Below, piece after piece: positions 1-9,510 of a stretch of 57,961 nucleotides of DNA (within the stretch, counting starts at the first letter, position 1; each line of letters begins with the position of its first letter). The notes under the pieces were generated by a model, which worked only from the letters and a program-made list of their open reading frames with translations, did no database searches and had not been told where the DNA came from. Location of the stretch: the IMG/VR virus record IMGVR_UViG_3300038406_000153, positions 1-57,961 of that record, one strand, 5' to 3'. The translations under genes and the position numbers were made by a program. This DNA comes from a virus. Lineage: Duplodnaviria > Caudoviricetes.

Positions 1-515
1 GTCAGGCCCTTCGGTCAACTTTGCGTGTCCGACCGGCCCCCCTACCCCGTATGGGGTGCAGGTTTTTGTCCATCTGCGTCCCTTATGTCCGTTCTCGGGG
101 TGTAGGTGGTAGCGGGTGGGGCTATGGCGTGTTCGTTCTCATAATCAAGCGGTAGTGCCCCACCGTGTGCCCCGTCGTGTGCCTGGGTGTCACCGTTGTT
201 GTCGAGTTGATTCGTTCCGCTGTTGCTGTGTCGTATGGGTGGGTGCAGGCACCATGGTGGTGGGGTGGGTACCGGGGTGCCGTACCGCCGGCCATGGCCA
301 GTGGCTGTGTCGTCTGTTGTGGTGGTGGTGTTCGCGGGTTGTCGTGTTCACTATCAGGTTGCTGTTGACTCGTTGGGGTTACGTGCCGCAGGCTGGAACC
401 GTGGGTGGGGTGGCGTGTCCCTACCGTGGGTGCCCTCGATGTTGAGCCCCCCGTTTTTGCTGCCCCTTGATTAGTTGGTGCCCTTAAGCATGGGGGTTGT
501 TGGTACCGCCCCCGA

Positions 516-860
516 TTACTGGGTGCCTTTGCGGCTGTTGCATGACCGGCAGAGTACGGCGAGGGGCGCGTCCTCGTCGCCTCCTGCACCGACAGGTACG
601 GGGTGGTCTGCGGTCAGATCTGTGGATTGGTGGGGTTGTCTCTGCCAGCCGGGGCAGATGTCGCCGTGGTCTGCCCGCCATGCTTGGACTGCTTCGGCTC
701 GGCGTTTACGGATTGCTTCAGTGTATGGACGGCGGCGGCGTTTACCCCGTGTGGTGGCGTTGACGATCAACCGGGTGCATGGGTCGCATCGGCCGTTGCG
801 GTTGGAGGTGAGGGTGTGGTTCATGGGGTGGAGTGTCGAGCCGAGGCAGGGCCGCATCAT
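516..860 (-). CDS. HNH endonuclease (packaging-associated type)
   Basis: LTADH...LCRSCNSRKG; last gene before the genome end/terminase. Confidence 0.85.
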   Translation of the reverse strand: MMRPCLGSTLHPMNHTLTSNRNGRCDPCTRLIVNATTRGKRRRRPYTEAIRKRRAEAVQAWRADHGDICPGWQRQPHQSTDLTADHPVPVGAGGDEDAPLAVLCRSCNSRKGTQ

Positions 861-876
861 CGGGTGTCTACCTCGC

Positions 877-1302
877 TCAGTTGTCGCCCTCGTTGCTGGT
901 TTGCAGCCAGTCGGTACCGTGCTGGCGCGGCTGGTCTTCGAGGTGGCGGAGCAGGGTCACGTCGATGTCTTGCTGGAAGAAGTACACCGCCTTGACGTTG
1001 AGGGCCTCGCGCATCTGCCGCAGCCCGAACCGTTGTGCCGCCTCTTCAGTGATGTCACCGATGTTGCCGATCAACAGGACATCGCTGGGTTTGATGTGCA
1101 GCACAGTGGCCTTGCTGGCGAGTTCTTGTATCGCCGGGTCACTCATGACTGTTCCGTCAGGGCTGGGGTTCTGGTATGTGCCGGTCTTCAACGGGGGCAG
1201 GTCTGGAGGATCGGGGATGAACGATGGGGTGTTGTCCGGTGGTTCAACAGGTTCGGGGGTTGAATCTGTTGGTGCCCAGCGGTGGGACTGTCTGCGCATC
1301 AC
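877..1302 (-). CDS. Hypothetical protein
   Basis: GGAGG RBS; co-oriented with neighbours. Confidence 0.6.
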   Translation of the reverse strand: MMRRQSHRWAPTDSTPEPVEPPDNTPSFIPDPPDLPPLKTGTYQNPSPDGTVMSDPAIQELASKATVLHIKPSDVLLIGNIGDITEEAAQRFGLRQMREALNVKAVYFFQQDIDVTLLRHLEDQPRQHGTDWLQTSNEGDN

Positions 1303-1317
1303 TGTGCCTCCGGTCGG

Positions 1318-1539
1318 TCAGTCATTGGTGATCTTGATGCAGATGTCATGGGTCGCTGCCTCGGTACGGGATTCGGTCAGATACCGGTCGCCGTCGCCGT
1401 TGAGCGCATACACCTTCGCGTGGACTGTCTCAAAGTCACAGTGAAGACCGATCAGATCGTCAATGTCCAAGCCGAGAGCCTGAAGGAGTTCGTCATACCG
1501 CTTGCGGGGGATCGTGTCCGGGACACCGGTGATGTTCAT
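1318..1539 (-). CDS. Hypothetical protein
   Basis: 73 aa ORF in operon. Confidence 0.7.
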   Translation of the reverse strand: MNITGVPDTIPRKRYDELLQALGLDIDDLIGLHCDFETVHAKVYALNGDGDRYLTESRTEAATHDICIKITND

Positions 1540-1597
1540 GCTGGGTCTCTTTCGGGAAGTTGGTTCCGGCCGGCACTTCCCATACCGGCCGGAAGTC

Positions 1598-1735
1598 TCA
1601 AGTAATGGTGGGTAGTGCGTACGCCAGGAGGGCGCATGCCGCGCCCAGCAGAGCCAGGGACACGCGGGAGCCGGTGGGGAACGCCGCGACCACGAGCAGG
1701 ATCACGGCAGTGAGGTACAGGATGGTTTGCCACAT
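1598..1735 (-). CDS. Small two-TM membrane protein (45 aa, not in ORF track)
   Basis: Hand translation MWQTILYLTAVILLVVAAFPTGSRVSLALLGAACALLAYALPTIT fills the gap. Confidence 0.7.
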   Translation of the reverse strand: MWQTILYLTAVILLVVAAFPTGSRVSLALLGAACALLAYALPTIT

Positions 1736-1747
1736 TGCGGGCTTCCC

Positions 1748-1996
1748 TTACATTGCGGGACAGGTCGTGTATGCGCGGCGGTGCGACCTGTTCGTTTTCT
1801 GCCGGGTGTCGCGTTCAGCGATCACGAGTTCGTTGAAGTAGTAGAGGCGGACACCTTTACGGTTGTGACCTGCGACGTTGAGTTGCTGGCGTTGTCCGTT
1901 TTGGTTGGTCCAGCCGCGTGTGTGCCAGTGCCGTATGGCTTTGGGGTTTACGCGGAGTCGCTGGCTGGCTTGGCTGGCGGTGACGAGTTCCTGCAT
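1748..1996 (-). CDS. MerR-like HTH DNA-binding protein
   Basis: VTASQASQRLRVNPKAIRHW...GVRLY. Confidence 0.75.
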   Translation of the reverse strand: MQELVTASQASQRLRVNPKAIRHWHTRGWTNQNGQRQQLNVAGHNRKGVRLYYFNELVIAERDTRQKTNRSHRRAYTTCPAM

Positions 1997-2013
1997 TTCA
2001 ACCCCCGTACATG

Positions 2014-2038
2014 ACGAAACCCCACCATAAGTGGGGTC
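2014..2038 (-). terminator. Promoter-proximal hairpin/terminator
   Basis: ACCCCAC-TTATG-GTGGGGT-TTCGT on the minus strand. Confidence 0.5.
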
Positions 2039-2055
2039 GCGGATTGCCTAGCTTT

Positions 2056-2084
2056 AAACTATAGGGACACACGAGTTTTGTCAA
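2056..2084 (-). promoter_or_regulatory. Sigma70-type promoter (candidate late promoter)
   Basis: TTGACA-N17-TAGTTT on the minus strand. Confidence 0.65.
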
Positions 2085-2112
2085 CTCCTGCGCCCACTGC
2101 CGTTGAAGCTGG

Positions 2113-2358
2113 TCATGATGTCCGTTCCTGTTGGTCCGGGTGGCCTGGGAAGTAAATGCCGCAGGACGTGTGGGTGCAGGGATCGTCGGGTGGCAGTAGT
2201 TCGTATTCGCTGGTTTTGATGTTGTAGTGCCCGTGCCGGTGGTCGGCGGTCAGGAACCAATGGACGTAGCCGCCGCAGCCAGCGGCGTGAACAATGTTCA
2301 AACCGGTTGTCTGGGCGATACGGCGGGTCGATCGTGGTGATAGTTTTCGCCAACCCAT
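2113..2358 (-). CDS. Hypothetical protein
   Basis: Start coupled to the upstream stop. Confidence 0.65.
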   Translation of the reverse strand: MGWRKLSPRSTRRIAQTTGLNIVHAAGCGGYVHWFLTADHRHGHYNIKTSEYELLPPDDPCTHTSCGIYFPGHPDQQERTS

Positions 2359-2846
2359 TACGGTTTCCATTCCTGTTGATAATCCGGGTGGTCAGCGAAC
2401 GGCAGCGCCAGCTGTTGCAGCACTTCGTAGTAGGTTTCCGGGCCGTCGCCGCCGCACACATGAGTCGTGCCGTTGTCCTCGGACAGGTCAACGTGGGTGT
2501 AGACGCCAAGGATCGCCCGTTTCGCGGCGATGTCGGCTAGGACGTACGCGGGGTCATGCATGATGATGTGTTCGCCGGCGCCGGGGTGTATCTCCTCGAT
2601 GTCACCGGTGAGGAACGCGGGCAGACTCCCGTATCCGGTGTCAGGCGGGTATTCGACCTGCTCCACTGTTCGGAGCGACAGGGGCTGGTGTCCCTGTGCT
2701 TCCCCTATGTCGCCGCGCGCGACAACGGTGTCGTTGTCGGACGCCACCCACTGCCAGTGAATGCCGGGGCGTTCTGAGTCAATCGCTGCCTTCGCCGCGG
2801 CCTCGATCTCGTCCAGCCTTGCGGTCACGAACTCTACGATGTTCAC
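2358..2846 (-). CDS. DUF6221-like protein
   Basis: IVEFVTARLDE...HDPAYVLADIAAKRAIL...LALPFADHPDYQQEWKP. Confidence 0.8.
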   Translation of the reverse strand: MNIVEFVTARLDEIEAAAKAAIDSERPGIHWQWVASDNDTVVARGDIGEAQGHQPLSLRTVEQVEYPPDTGYGSLPAFLTGDIEEIHPGAGEHIIMHDPAYVLADIAAKRAILGVYTHVDLSEDNGTTHVCGGDGPETYYEVLQQLALPFADHPDYQQEWKP

Positions 2847-3223
2847 GGTGTCCATTCCGTTCTGTAGTCGGGGTGATCAGCGAAGACGGCGGCGAGTATC
2901 CGCACCACACGGTGCTGTGGGTGTTCTGCCGTGAATTCGAGGCCGTCTTGCCGGTAGAGCTCAGCGTCTTTCAGGTAGGGCGCGAGGATTGCCCGGTTGG
3001 CTTCGATCACCTTCAGCTCGTACGCCGGGTCATGCAGCGCAATGTGTTCGGCAGTCCTGCGGGTCTGGTTGCTGCTGAGCGCGAATGCAGTGCACACTTC
3101 CACGTCGTCGACGGCGATCACTTCATCATGTTCAGCGTTGAGGTGCCACGGCCCGGGCGAGGCGGCCAGCGCGGCGGTTTCGATCTCTGCGTACCGCGCT
3201 TGAAGGAACTCCACAATGCTCAC
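2843..3223 (-). CDS. DUF6221-like protein (paralogue)
   Basis: IVEFLQARY...HDPAYEL...FADHPDYRTEWTP. Confidence 0.8.
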   Translation of the reverse strand: MSIVEFLQARYAEIETAALAASPGPWHLNAEHDEVIAVDDVEVCTAFALSSNQTRRTAEHIALHDPAYELKVIEANRAILAPYLKDAELYRQDGLEFTAEHPQHRVVRILAAVFADHPDYRTEWTP

Positions 3224-3600
3224 TTCTTGTCCTCCCGAACAATCAGACTGATCTGACCCAGCTTCGCCCGTGCAACGTGCATCTGGCGGACAGCCTTGTC
3301 TCGTTCAGCTATCGCAGTAGCAAGGTGCTCTTTCGCTGCGTCCTTGCCGTCGACCTGGCTGATAGTGGCCGATTCGCTTTCGTCGCTCCAGTCCTCTGGC
3401 CGCCCGAATATTGGAGACCAGCTCGCGTGGTGATTCGAGTCTTCAAGGTAGATTTCGCCGTCGTCCTGGTGTCTCACCCGGCCGTCGTTGATGCCCCGAA
3501 AGCATCTACCGAAGTGATCGGGTGAGTCGCATGACCAACCGACGTGAACGAAACCGTCCGGGGTTTCCCCCGGTTCGGGTGGATACGCGAAGCTACTCAT
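3220..3600 (-). CDS. Hypothetical protein
   Basis: 4-bp overlaps with both neighbours. Confidence 0.7.
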   Translation of the reverse strand: MSSFAYPPEPGETPDGFVHVGWSCDSPDHFGRCFRGINDGRVRHQDDGEIYLEDSNHHASWSPIFGRPEDWSDESESATISQVDGKDAAKEHLATAIAERDKAVRQMHVARAKLGQISLIVREDKK

Positions 3601-3854
3601 GACTCGTCCTTCCAAACGATTTCGCCGTCTACTCGATACCCGAGACGGTCCAGGATCAACGCGAGCAGGGCAGTCTGCGGGCCGTCGCCGGTACCGGTGT
3701 AGGTGAGATTCCCGTCAGTCTCTTTGGCGACCCACACGCGGGGTTCTGGGTGTTCGTAGGTGATGTCGCCGCCTATCCAGGTTCCGGGAAGAACGATCAT
3801 GTAACCGTCTTTGTCGCGGTCGAAAATTTCCATGCATCGGTCGAAAATGGTCAT
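3597..3854 (-). CDS. Hypothetical protein
   Basis: Start MTIFDRC; ATGA overlap; GGAGG RBS. Confidence 0.7.
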   Translation of the reverse strand: MTIFDRCMEIFDRDKDGYMIVLPGTWIGGDITYEHPEPRVWVAKETDGNLTYTGTGDGPQTALLALILDRLGYRVDGEIVWKDES

Positions 3855-4210
3855 GTCGTGTCCTCCTTGACTTCCAGCACCAGGACGCCCGCCTTCAACG
3901 CGCGGGCCACCATGTCTGCGGTGCCTCGGCCACCGGGAAACGCGATCAGCACATCCAACCCGGAATCGACCATTGCTTGGTTCCTCATAGGCCCGGCTGC
4001 GTTGCCATAAATGTGCCAGTTGGCGGGGTGCGGCTCGGTATCCCAACCCAGATCGATGGCCTTATACAGGGCTAGTCGGTCCGCGCCAGAGGCGTCCCCG
4101 TGGACAAGTACGGGGGTTCCGGTGCTCTGTGGTTTGTCAAACATCCAAAGAGCTTTTTGGACAACGCTCGGCTTGTAGTAGGTCCGGCCGCCGGTTACTC
4201 CGATTCTCAC
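3851..4210 (-). CDS. SLOG family (DUF2493/YspA-like) protein
   Basis: [36 protein letters not shown]. Confidence 0.85.
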   Translation of the reverse strand: MRIGVTGGRTYYKPSVVQKALWMFDKPQSTGTPVLVHGDASGADRLALYKAIDLGWDTEPHPANWHIYGNAAGPMRNQAMVDSGLDVLIAFPGGRGTADMVARALKAGVLVLEVKEDTT

Positions 4211-4854
4211 TGGCTGTCTCCTGTAGTGATTCGTCGGATTGTCTCGGGGTCAGTCACATCGTGCTGGGACATGCCGAGGTTGCCTGTCGCCCAGGTCTGC
4301 CAGTTCTCCCACGCCCTGCTGGGTGTCGGTCCGGCCTGGCTTTGATAGCGGGAACCGGCAGCGCCAGAACCGTACGGTGCCTCAGCTGGCGAGGACAGTT
4401 GGAACACACACAGTTGCCCGATCTTCATGCCCGGCCACAGCGTGATCGGCAGGTTCGCCACATTCGACAATTCGAGAGTGACTTGTCCGGAGAAGCCCGG
4501 GTCGATGAACCCAGCTGTGGAGTGAACCAGCAGGCCGAGTCTCCCCAACGAGCTTTTGCCTTCAGCGCGGGCCGCCAACGACGCATCGAGGCTCACGGTC
4601 TCCAGGGTCGAACCGAGCACGAATTCACCCGGGTGCAGCACGAACGGTCCATCTTTCACTTCGACCAGCCTCGTGAGGTCCGCTTGCTCCGTGGACGGGT
4701 CGATGTGGGTGTACTGGTGGTTGTTGAACACCCGGAACCATTTATCCAGCCGGACATCAATAGACGCGGGCTGGATCAGCGATTCATCGAACGGCGTGAT
4801 GGTCAACGCCTCAGCGGCAATATGCCACTTCAGGCCGCGGTCAGACAGCAGCAT
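4207..4854 (-). CDS. dcd: dCTP deaminase
   Basis: [50 protein letters not shown]. Confidence 0.95.
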   Translation of the reverse strand: MLLSDRGLKWHIAAEALTITPFDESLIQPASIDVRLDKWFRVFNNHQYTHIDPSTEQADLTRLVEVKDGPFVLHPGEFVLGSTLETVSLDASLAARAEGKSSLGRLGLLVHSTAGFIDPGFSGQVTLELSNVANLPITLWPGMKIGQLCVFQLSSPAEAPYGSGAAGSRYQSQAGPTPSRAWENWQTWATGNLGMSQHDVTDPETIRRITTGDSQ

Positions 4855-5207
4855 CAGGTGTCCTTTGTTTCGGTACGGCAGTCCTCACAGTTGACTATCC
4901 GCCAGTTGGCAGATACGAGGGTGTCAGGTGATGCACCGCATTTCGGTGCTCTATTGAAATCGTCACCGAAATGGATGGTTCCGTTGAACCCCATCGGAAC
5001 CACCCGGAGCTTGGACAACTGCTCATTGATGTACTCGGGATCGAACGGTGGTTTGTTCATGCGGGCATGCTCAGCTACAACGATTCCGAGGGCCTCGAAT
5101 TGGGTCGCCCAGTTGTTTAGCCATCGACCAATCCCAGTCAACGGGCTACCGTCGACTGTAACGCCATCCTCATCAATATGGACGAACTCGATGTTTGCCT
5201 CACTCAT
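4854..5207 (-). CDS. Hypothetical protein
   Basis: Coupled ORF; C-terminal CxxC. Confidence 0.65.
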   Translation of the reverse strand: MSEANIEFVHIDEDGVTVDGSPLTGIGRWLNNWATQFEALGIVVAEHARMNKPPFDPEYINEQLSKLRVVPMGFNGTIHFGDDFNRAPKCGASPDTLVSANWRIVNCEDCRTETKDT

Positions 5208-5775
5208 GATCTGCCCCCTCTACCGGAAAGTCGCGGCCCTTCAGCTTTGCCATCCTCCCGTCCGGGTGATGCCAGACGATGCCCTCGTGCCCATACTTGG
5301 CGAGGTCTAGCACCGCACGCCGGCACGTCGAGTAATCGAGTTTCGACGGCAAGGTGAACACCTCGGCGTCATCGTGCGAGATGAGACGGTGCACCGGAAA
5401 GTTCTCGGGGTTCCTGTTGACCTTCGGTCCGCACAGCTCATAGGTGCCTTCGTGGTATCGCGCCTGAGCGTCAAGCGCTTGGGCGTGGAACTTCGCGAAC
5501 GATGACTGCTTGATTGGTTCCCAACCCGTGAATTTGCCGGTCGTCTGGTCGTGGCCTATTTCGACAAACCCGGGCGGTGGTTGTTTCCCGGGTTTCACCT
5601 CTCGGCGCGCCCACCATTGGCCATCGTTGTCCAGCATCACACAGGTTCCGTCATATTTGCGGGTGGCGACACCTTCGCCGTTGAGTACCCATTCGCAGCC
5701 CGGGGCGACTTTCTTTGTCACATATCGGGGGTCGTGGTCGAAATCGCGAGCAAACAGGGTCGGAATCTTTTTCAT
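5200..5775 (-). CDS. RNA ligase-like nucleotidyltransferase (DUF5565-like)
   Basis: ATRKYDGT (KxDG), GTYELCGPK, EGIVW, MAKLK. Confidence 0.8.
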   Translation of the reverse strand: MKKIPTLFARDFDHDPRYVTKKVAPGCEWVLNGEGVATRKYDGTCVMLDNDGQWWARREVKPGKQPPPGFVEIGHDQTTGKFTGWEPIKQSSFAKFHAQALDAQARYHEGTYELCGPKVNRNPENFPVHRLISHDDAEVFTLPSKLDYSTCRRAVLDLAKYGHEGIVWHHPDGRMAKLKGRDFPVEGADHE

Positions 5776-5812
5776 GTTGCTGTCCTTTGTTTCGGGATGG
5801 TGGCGGTATCGG

Positions 5813-6697
5813 TCATGATCTTCCGCCTCTGCTGTTCAGGTCCTCAGTGACCGAGATGGTCCGGTGCACTCGCGTGGTCCGCTGCCTCGGTATGGGCCGC
5901 CGGAACGTCGTCTCGCATTCCGCGCACTCCCACAGGGACAAACCGGGTGTGGAGGTGTCTTTCAGTTCGCCGTGGCCACGCTGCCCACAGTCGCGTTGCC
6001 GCGGCGTCAATTTCAGGTGCAGGTATTTCAGCCACCTGGTGTATTCCTCGGGGTTGAGGAGGCGTCCACAGCGGTCACACTCGACATAGATGTCACCGGC
6101 GGTCCGGTAGAGAGCCATCATGTCGCACGTCAAACCAGGGCAGGGGATACCAGCCATGTGTTCCGGTTTCGCCGCAGCATGCCCGTTGACTGCATACAGG
6201 GCGCCGATGATTTCTTTCACCTCGGCCGCGAAATCGTCGATCGCCGGGTGGTGCTTGCACGCCCAGTCCAACCGGGTCGGCACCGACAGCCAGCCTGTAA
6301 GGATTTCCACGGTCGGGGCGGGTTGGACACTGCCGGGAGCTCCCGTGTCGATCCAGTCGGCGACCCACGCCGCGAGGCGGGTCGCCACCGGTACGACACC
6401 AACCTGGTCCGCGTATTCGTCGCGGACGGTTGCAAGGCTCGCGGGGACGATCAGATCCAAGACACCCACCCGCACACCCAAGTTCTGTTCTTTCGACCCG
6501 GATATGCGGGACCCACCCGGGGTCCCACCCGGAGCCGCATCGAGTTCCCGGTACTGTTCCGGGATCTCTTGCAGGTGCCGGCGGACGCGTCCTTGGCATT
6601 GCGGGCACACCAACCAGCCATGCTCGGTCTGGTTGGGTGGGAGCTTCCCGGGGTCGCCGGTCCGGCCATACACCGGACAAACTTGACAGTCACTCAC
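5813..6697 (-). CDS. Multi-zinc-finger actinophage protein
   Basis: Several CxxC pairs; position at the end of the early region. Confidence 0.75.
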   Translation of the reverse strand: MSDCQVCPVYGRTGDPGKLPPNQTEHGWLVCPQCQGRVRRHLQEIPEQYRELDAAPGGTPGGSRISGSKEQNLGVRVGVLDLIVPASLATVRDEYADQVGVVPVATRLAAWVADWIDTGAPGSVQPAPTVEILTGWLSVPTRLDWACKHHPAIDDFAAEVKEIIGALYAVNGHAAAKPEHMAGIPCPGLTCDMMALYRTAGDIYVECDRCGRLLNPEEYTRWLKYLHLKLTPRQRDCGQRGHGELKDTSTPGLSLWECAECETTFRRPIPRQRTTRVHRTISVTEDLNSRGGRS

Positions 6698-7374
6698 TGG
6701 AACCTCCGCGCTGATCTATTGTGTTCCCGCATCGCGGGGTCAACAACTGAGTCCGGTTGTGGGTTGTCCCGGCTTCCAACCCGGAACCCGCAGGTACAGG
6801 ACACCCACGCACGATTGGACGGAGTCAGGCTCACCGAACCGGCGTGCCCAAACCACCACTCCATGGGTTCCTCGCGTTCCCACTCAACCTGATGGTCGAT
6901 CACCGCAGGATCACCAGGGAAAATCCCGTAGCTTGTTGGTGTTGTGCTGCTGTCGAAAGGGGCTGCCAGTTGATTGACTTGCCGAGCACCGTTCTGGGAT
7001 TCTGGCAGCATCGGGAACCAGTGGTCCTCATAGAGGCGATTGATGTCCGTCTCAATCATGTCGGGAGGAATCCCATAAACAGCCACAACCCTGTTGATCC
7101 AGTGTTGTCTGGCGGGAACGGATTCCTGCTGCCCGGGTGTTGACCGCATCGCGTCAGCAATCCCGGACCGGTCCTCACCGTAGGAGTCCCATACTGTCCC
7201 ATCGGATTGAGACCTGATTGCGTCGGCTTGGCATGTCTGATCGCAGAACACGTCAGACGGATTGTCTGGTGTGATCTCTTTCCCGCAGCCCATGCACTGT
7301 GGTTTGGTCACAGTGTCGATCGCGGCCAGCATCGCGTCGACTCGGGCGTCCCGTCGCGCCGCATAGTCACTCAT
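6694..7374 (-). CDS. Hypothetical protein (Cys motifs)
   Basis: Start MSDYAARR; CMGC...FCDQTC. Confidence 0.65.
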   Translation of the reverse strand: MSDYAARRDARVDAMLAAIDTVTKPQCMGCGKEITPDNPSDVFCDQTCQADAIRSQSDGTVWDSYGEDRSGIADAMRSTPGQQESVPARQHWINRVVAVYGIPPDMIETDINRLYEDHWFPMLPESQNGARQVNQLAAPFDSSTTPTSYGIFPGDPAVIDHQVEWEREEPMEWWFGHAGSVSLTPSNRAWVSCTCGFRVGSRDNPQPDSVVDPAMREHNRSARRFQ

Positions 7375-7801
7375 CAGACGATCTCCCACTCGTTGACCAG
7401 TAGTAACGGAACCCGTCGTCAACTTCCGAAGGCGGGTCCTGGGCGAGGTGCCCTTTCTCCTGTTCGAGACCGCGTGGCCCGGTGACACCCGGGCGTTGAC
7501 TGGTCCACGCCCCTATCGATTCACCGTCCGAGAAACACTCTGCGATGAGGTACGCGTCGGGGTGCGGTTTGTCGAACGGCGGGTATTCGGGTGGCGGCCC
7601 GTAACTGTTGTGGTCGCCGGTGTGCCCTTCAACGCATTTGCACCACTTCGCTTCGTCGCGGGGGTCGACGGCCCCGCACTCGCCGGGACGGGCGTCCCCG
7701 TGGAACCGGTTGCCTAGCAGCATGTGGGCTATGAACTGTTCGGCGGTGAGATCGTAGGGCCGTCCGGCCTCGGTGGCGGCGACGGTGAGGAAGTCGTTCA
7801 C
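7367..7801 (-). CDS. Hypothetical protein
   Basis: GTG start overlapping the upstream stop. Confidence 0.6.
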   Translation of the reverse strand: MNDFLTVAATEAGRPYDLTAEQFIAHMLLGNRFHGDARPGECGAVDPRDEAKWCKCVEGHTGDHNSYGPPPEYPPFDKPHPDAYLIAECFSDGESIGAWTSQRPGVTGPRGLEQEKGHLAQDPPSEVDDGFRYYWSTSGRSSDE

Positions 7802-8034
7802 GGCTGGATCTCCCATGTGTCGTATGCGGTGTCCCGGTTGTGGCGGGCGAGTTTCCTGCGTGCGACTCGTTCGGCTGCCCTTTTGGCGGATCGTTTGGTG
7901 GGCCGCCACACGAACCAGCCCCCCTCGGTTTGGAGTCGTATCCAGTCGGGGGCGTCTGGCACACCATGGGAGAGATCGATCATGTAGGAGCGGGGGCCGA
8001 TCTGCTTGATTCTGGCGCGAGCGTCACCGTTCAT
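7798..8034 (-). CDS. Hypothetical protein
   Basis: ATGA coupling. Confidence 0.65.
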   Translation of the reverse strand: MNGDARARIKQIGPRSYMIDLSHGVPDAPDWIRLQTEGGWFVWRPTKRSAKRAAERVARRKLARHNRDTAYDTWEIQP

Positions 8035-8303
8035 CGGTTTCCCCATTCCGCGCGTTCAGCTTGCTGCTTGAACCGTGCGAGCCACCGCGCGTCCCTTTTG
8101 TTCTGGTAACGCTGCCACCCTGGGTAGATGACGTGATCCCACAGCAGTGCCCACGGGCCGAGTACGGCCATCAGCGGCCATAGGCTGCCAAGTGCCAACG
8201 CTAGGCCGGTCGCGCCGTTCCTGAAGCGAACGTCCTCAATAGCGGCTGCGATGACGAGCAGGACCCATCCGCCCAGCCAGACCCAGAACACGATGTCACT
8301 CAT
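8031..8303 (-). CDS. Membrane protein
   Basis: Two hydrophobic segments. Confidence 0.7.
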   Translation of the reverse strand: MSDIVFWVWLGGWVLLVIAAAIEDVRFRNGATGLALALGSLWPLMAVLGPWALLWDHVIYPGWQRYQNKRDARWLARFKQQAERAEWGNR

Positions 8304-8373
8304 CGCTGTCCCCTCGGGTCGATAGCTGCGAGAGTCCGCTCAACACCCGCGTCCCGTTGTGCCGCATAGTCAG

Positions 8374-8712
8374 TCATGAGTCCTCCATCGGAAGGTCATA
8401 TTTACGCGCCAACTCCCGTAGCCGTTCCAGCTCCGCACGGTCCTCAGCGTCAAGCTCAGCAGGTGTGGGCCGAGTGATCCACTGCCACGGCAGGTACCCG
8501 ATCGCCGCGAGAGGCCACACCACGGCAACCGCAGCACCCATTACCGCCGCCAAGGCACGGTCCTCGCCGTCGATCGTCGCGGGCTCACTGAAACGGTTAC
8601 GGGCGTTGGAGTGGGCGTTGTCTCGCACTTGCAACGCGATCATTTTCGAGTAGACGGCCCGGCAGCAGGCCAGGAACCCGGCAATGTAGATACCAGCTAT
8701 AAGCCAGCTCAT
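8374..8712 (-). CDS. Membrane protein
   Basis: Start MSWLIAGIY; two TM segments. Confidence 0.7.
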   Translation of the reverse strand: MSWLIAGIYIAGFLACCRAVYSKMIALQVRDNAHSNARNRFSEPATIDGEDRALAAVMGAAVAVVWPLAAIGYLPWQWITRPTPAELDAEDRAELERLRELARKYDLPMEDS

Positions 8713-8951
8713 CAGACGCTCCTTCCGAAATGCCGGGCCGACAAACGACCGCTCGGGCTGTCGTCGGAGTCGATATGACCTCCCGAGGAGTCGCCGCTCG
8801 CCGTGCAGACGTACCGCTCCTCGCAAGGGGTGTCGCCGTCTGTCGGGTACCGCCATTGAGGTAGTTCCCCGTCAATGAACTCGGGTGTCTCGGTTGTTTC
8901 GGGTCGCGCAGCAGCGGAGCCGGGTAGGAGCGGGCGACGGCGGAAGGTCAT
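8712..8951 (-). CDS. Hypothetical protein
   Basis: Coupled ORF. Confidence 0.55.
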   Translation of the reverse strand: MTFRRRPLLPGSAAARPETTETPEFIDGELPQWRYPTDGDTPCEERYVCTASGDSSGGHIDSDDSPSGRLSARHFGRSV

Positions 8952-9226
8952 GATTTCACCTCCACTTGCGATTCGTATTCGAGGGCTTTCTTCCGGTGGT
9001 CGTCCCGAACGAGTTCCAGCGCGTCATACACAGCCGCTGTGGTCGCTTCATCAAGCACGAACGGTTCTTCGTTCTCGCGTTCCGCTCGGCGCCAAAAACC
9101 CAACAGACCGCGCTTCACCTCTGGCTGCTCGAATAGTCGAATCAACGTTCGCGCGAACTCGGCGGCGTCGGCTGTCCTTTTCGCGTCATCGGCTGCGGCC
9201 AACAATTCACGGGGTGTCTTGGTCAT
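8948..9226 (-). CDS. Hypothetical protein
   Basis: ATGA coupling. Confidence 0.65.
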   Translation of the reverse strand: MTKTPRELLAAADDAKRTADAAEFARTLIRLFEQPEVKRGLLGFWRRAERENEEPFVLDEATTAAVYDALELVRDDHRKKALEYESQVEVKS

Positions 9227-9510
9227 GACTCGACCTCTTCCCATTCGGCGCCCGGCTGGTCCGCTCTGACGCGCATGACTTTCCCGTCCCAGTAGGACAG
9301 TTTCGTGTCAGCGATACTGTTGGCCTCTTGCCGGGTCAGCCCGGTTTCCAGGACCCGCCGCCCAGGAGAGCTGTTGTGTTCAACCGCGTAGTCGTACAGC
9401 TCGTCCTCTGCTACCAGCACAAGCAGGGCGGCGGCGAGGTCTTGCAGGGTCACTTTCGGGTCGCCGAGGGCCGCAGTCTCGATCACGCCAGCGGCTTCAC
9501 GTCTATTCAC
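9223..9510 (-). CDS. Hypothetical protein
   Basis: GTG start, GGAGG RBS. Confidence 0.6.
   Translation of the reverse strand: MNRREAAGVIETAALGDPKVTLQDLAAALLVLVAEDELYDYAVEHNSSPGRRVLETGLTRQEANSIADTKLSYWDGKVMRVRADQPGAEWEEVES

Noticed and set aside
1-500. ORFs and strong G/T skew at the window start
   Set aside because: Low-complexity translations without an RBS; fits a non-coding pre-cos region; the exact cos site cannot be determined from this sequence
4129-5310. Long plus-strand ORFs (also 5864-6892, 17168-18172, 38875-40089, 42315-43610, 56445-57596)
   Set aside because: Antisense shadows of real minus-strand genes, as expected in high-GC DNA
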